From Dicyema japonicum (taxonomy: Eukaryota > Animalia > Dicyemida), in assembly GCA_011109175.1 (NCBI GenBank), contig RDEW01000003.1, positions 1,871,761-1,935,760 on the forward strand: DNA of 64,000 nucleotides, written 5' to 3'. Of this stretch, positions 60,826-64,000 are shown one piece after another. The position numbers and the translations under genes are program-made. The notes beneath the pieces are model-generated. The model had not been told where the DNA came from. It did not search any database and saw only the letters and a list, made by a program, of their open reading frames with translations. Within the stretch, counting starts at the first letter, position 1. Each line of letters opens with the position of its first letter.

Positions 60826-62979
60826 GTCTACATGATGACTGATGTATTCATTTATGCTATATTTTTAGTTAATGGAGGATTTTAGCCATGTAACGAAGGA
60901 AGGAGGATAGATATTACTGAAAATCTGATTATTAGTTGGCTGGGAGATTCTCATCTGGTGGTTATTTGTCACAACTTTGTGAAGTACAAGAAGACTGTAG
61001 TCGATGTATGCTATGCCATAATTTTTTGTTGCATTTGATAACTCTGCATAACTTCAAGGTTATTGAGATAATCCAAGTTATTTTAATTCGGGAATCATTA
61101 ATGTGTTGAATGATTTTGTTTTTTGATTATTTGCTGTGTGTCTGATTTTACAATGATTAATCTATTGATGTGGCATGTGCATAAACTTTAGTTTTGGGGG
61201 ATGGGTAGATTTACTAGTATATGTGATCCGGTATTCCTAATGAAATTTTCAAGAAATGTCTGATGTTCCTCCAGACTTGCCTCCGCTTTCCTGTATCCAT
61301 ACAATCATTTTTAGGAAGACTTGTAGAAGGGGACTAAAAATCAATTTTCTCACAATCCGAGCAATTCTAGCGTCTGTTGGCATACTTTTCCGTGGTTGTC
61401 CGCAAGTCGAAAAACATATATTAGTAATGCTTCATTGGTTTATAATAATGAATAAATTTTTATTATCACAGATATTAAAGTTAGGAGGGACAATTGAAAT
61501 AACATGGGTTCTGTCTCGAATTACGGCTCAAGGTTATTGATTTCACTTATTTTAAAGTATCTTGCAGATGATTTGCTCCATTATTTTTGGTAGCTACATA
61601 TTGGCTTATTCGTCGATGACTCAAAACGTTCTTATTTTTCTGTTTAAATACCATTCTGATGGTTGATAGCTTCAAGTGCTGTGGAATATAGGAATATTGT
61701 CTCAACCAAGTCTTTGGTTAGTGTCGAATAGTATTTGGAGAGCTTCAATGAAATTTATTGGCCTTTCTTTAGACAATTTCATTTTTATTTGATCTAGTTC
61801 CGACATAATTGATAATATTGCCTCCAACAATAGTAATAGTGATCAAGAAGTTACGGGTTTCACGAAGTCGTGGCTTCTAAGTGTAGTCAGACGTCCATAA
61901 TTCTTGAAGAAAAGCAAAGACTTCTTGCATATCCTTTCAATTGTCTGGATACAAGTCGCATTGAACATTAACTTGGAGTCCTCTTTAGCATTCTCTGTTT
62001 TTTCTACGGCGGATAGTGCCTTTACTTACAAAAATAAAAGCATCTTTTAGGGGAACGTGGTTTAAATGATAAAAGTCTTAATTTTTAATTAAATTGTTTT
62101 GAGTACTTTCTTTGTCAATGATTTTTCACATTTGGGCGGCGTCATTCCTTTTTAGTTAACAAGTTAGTTTAAAAAACACTTCTTGGTTTTCCGTAGGCAT
62201 ATGAATACTCTTGTGATGTGCTCCACACTATTTTCTACTAGTTTCTTGCATCCACCTGTCTTAGTTTAGCGGCTGACATCACTCTAGTAATGTCTGTCTT
62301 ATCGTACTCTCAGTATGTATACTACTCAGTTTTCTATTACTCTATTTTTATAAAAGCACTATCACGAGAGGCACAATATAGCACATTATGTGCAGCAAAG
62401 GAGATCATTCTGAATGTCGACCTCTTCCACACACTTCTATTGTTTGTTAAGGCTCTTAATGAGTCTATGCATGGTAACCTTCTCGAATCCGCCATCCAAT
62501 CATCACAGTACTAGTTTTTAGTGTTCATTAAATCATAAAAATTAAATCATAAAATTTATTCAGCATGAAGACAAAATATTCATTTCCAGAGTTTTTTTCA
62601 TTTCCTTTGTTCCTTTTATTCCATTTCTACTTGAGTGGCGCTATGTGATCCATCGCCCAGTGCCGGAGTGGCGCTAAAAAGATCATTTACTTTCCCCCAC
62701 TCCAATGGAAGGGTTCCATAACTGAAAGACAGGACATGCTATTTTATTTCCGCTGGTGTAGGATTCCCTATGTTATGAAGATTTTCTATCTTTTCTTGAC
62801 TGTGAAATGAGATCAGGCGATTAAGTCGTTTTAATTATACACTTCGATGATTATGGATGACTTCAGGGAACTCCTCCTATGTTTTGGTGATATGAATCGT
62901 ACTGTACCTTCAGACACCTCATTGACTGCATATTTGTTCCTATTCAGTTCATCAAAGAATTTTGTGGAGACAGTCCTTA

Positions 62980-63540
62980 ACTTTTATTCGTGTCTGTACG
63001 TATCTCTGTCACTATCACAGGTATCTATCAATGATCCTGATGACCGCACTAATCAGATAGCATATTTAAAATGTGATTATGATAAGGGATGCAAGAAACC
63101 TTGTCTTCCTCAAAAAGGCTGGCTGTCGGGTGCTTGGTTGAATGCTTATTCATGTGCTAAAATAGGCTACCCACTGGACGTTGATTCACTGAGAATAGCC
63201 GCTTCACTCAATCCTTGCCTCAATGTTTGTACTAAATGAAAAAGTCGCTGTGGTTTAGATCGATCCATGTGGTTTATCATTCATTTGTCGTACAAGTTGA
63301 CCCCGGCATACCACCATTGTCTTTTAAACCCATTGGTGGATCCTAGAGCAATGACAAACGTTACGATGGAATGACCACCTCCTGGCTTGGAAGCTACGTG
63401 TGTTACAAACAATTTGGTTGCTTTTGTGTCGGACCGAGGCTATGCTTCTAAGTATGCCGAGGATCAAAAGAAATAAATTACAAAAGTATTTTCGACGAGC
63501 ATTTGTTTGTCATTTTCGCTGTTGAGACGTCAGGAATCCA
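62980..63540 (+). mobile_element. Decayed CRE-like element
   Basis: SGAWLNAY..LDVDSLRIA..; YASKYAEDQK..FAVETSG. Confidence 0.65.
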
Positions 63541-63544
63541 CAAG

Positions 63545-64000
63545 AGGATGATTTAGTCTGTCTGATCGGCTCAATGTCCAACGAGTCTAAGTGAGACTTG
63601 ATGCTTCGAGAGCAAAAAGAAATGTCGATTGAAGTAGGGAAGTCGACAGGAAAGGGTACTTGTGTGTTTTCTTGGATTATTGAGAATGATCAGATCGTCA
63701 AAACTGTCGGATATGAAGGCTTCCCGTTGATCCAGTTGTTGGTCAGTATACCATTGAGAACTCTGCGCTTAGGAATCTTTTGAGTTCGGGACGGTAGTCG
63801 TCGGAGCATGACGATAGAGGGGGTATATACATATTAACAACTGTCAATCGGAGAGAGAGTAGGCGAATTCTCAGAGGCCGCCGTGGGTTTAGTTTCGCCT
63901 CTTGGAAAAAGCTATATCCACTGAATGTTTGAAGAGAAAGCGTTGTAGTTGGTAATTTTCGTATGGATACCATTAATGTTAACTTGTGAATTTACGCAGT
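63545..64000 (-). mobile_element. I/Jockey-group LINE APE domain fragment (continues beyond the window)
   Basis: LTVVNMYIPPLSSC..(N)AHSSQWY..LIILNNP..TSIDIS. Confidence 0.7.

Noticed and set aside
61280-61420. CGQPRKSMPTDARIARIVRK (minus strand) as a Tc1 transposase HTH
   Set aside because: Short resemblance only; no DDE domain or TIR found nearby
1-64000. Ciliate origin or alternative genetic code suggested by the tiny introns
   Set aside because: Intact ORFs (8794-9741 and the spliced host genes) read cleanly in the standard code and end at TAA/TAG/TGA; internal stops occur only in frameshifted relics

Overview
AT-rich eukaryotic, very probably animal, genomic DNA from a fragmented draft assembly: five long N gaps, plus about 20 tandem near-duplications of 85-400 bp, many of them flanking single-N joins. 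Most of the window is decayed transposons: CRE-like and R4/Dong-like restriction-like-endonuclease (RLE) non-LTR elements, I/Jockey-group and RTE LINEs, Tigger/pogo, hAT-Buster, Merlin and Ginger-like integrase relics, and a tRNA-like SINE. The main hidden signal is a system of extremely short GT-AG introns (19-28 nt) that the six-frame ORF track misses. Removing them reveals three apparently intact host gene segments, each running into a gap: 4012-4462 (-), a coiled-coil gene 27421-28106 (-) and a signal-peptide glycoprotein, possibly LAMP-like, 39579-40178 (+). It also reveals a 25-nt intron inside a full-length Tigger transposase, and several unprocessed pseudogenes: two tandem RtcB copies, a SAM-less SAMHD1-like gene with its promoter, a calcium-binding EGF array and a kinesin. 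All family assignments come from manual translation and motif recognition; no database search was run. Boundaries of decayed elements are approximate (tens of bp).
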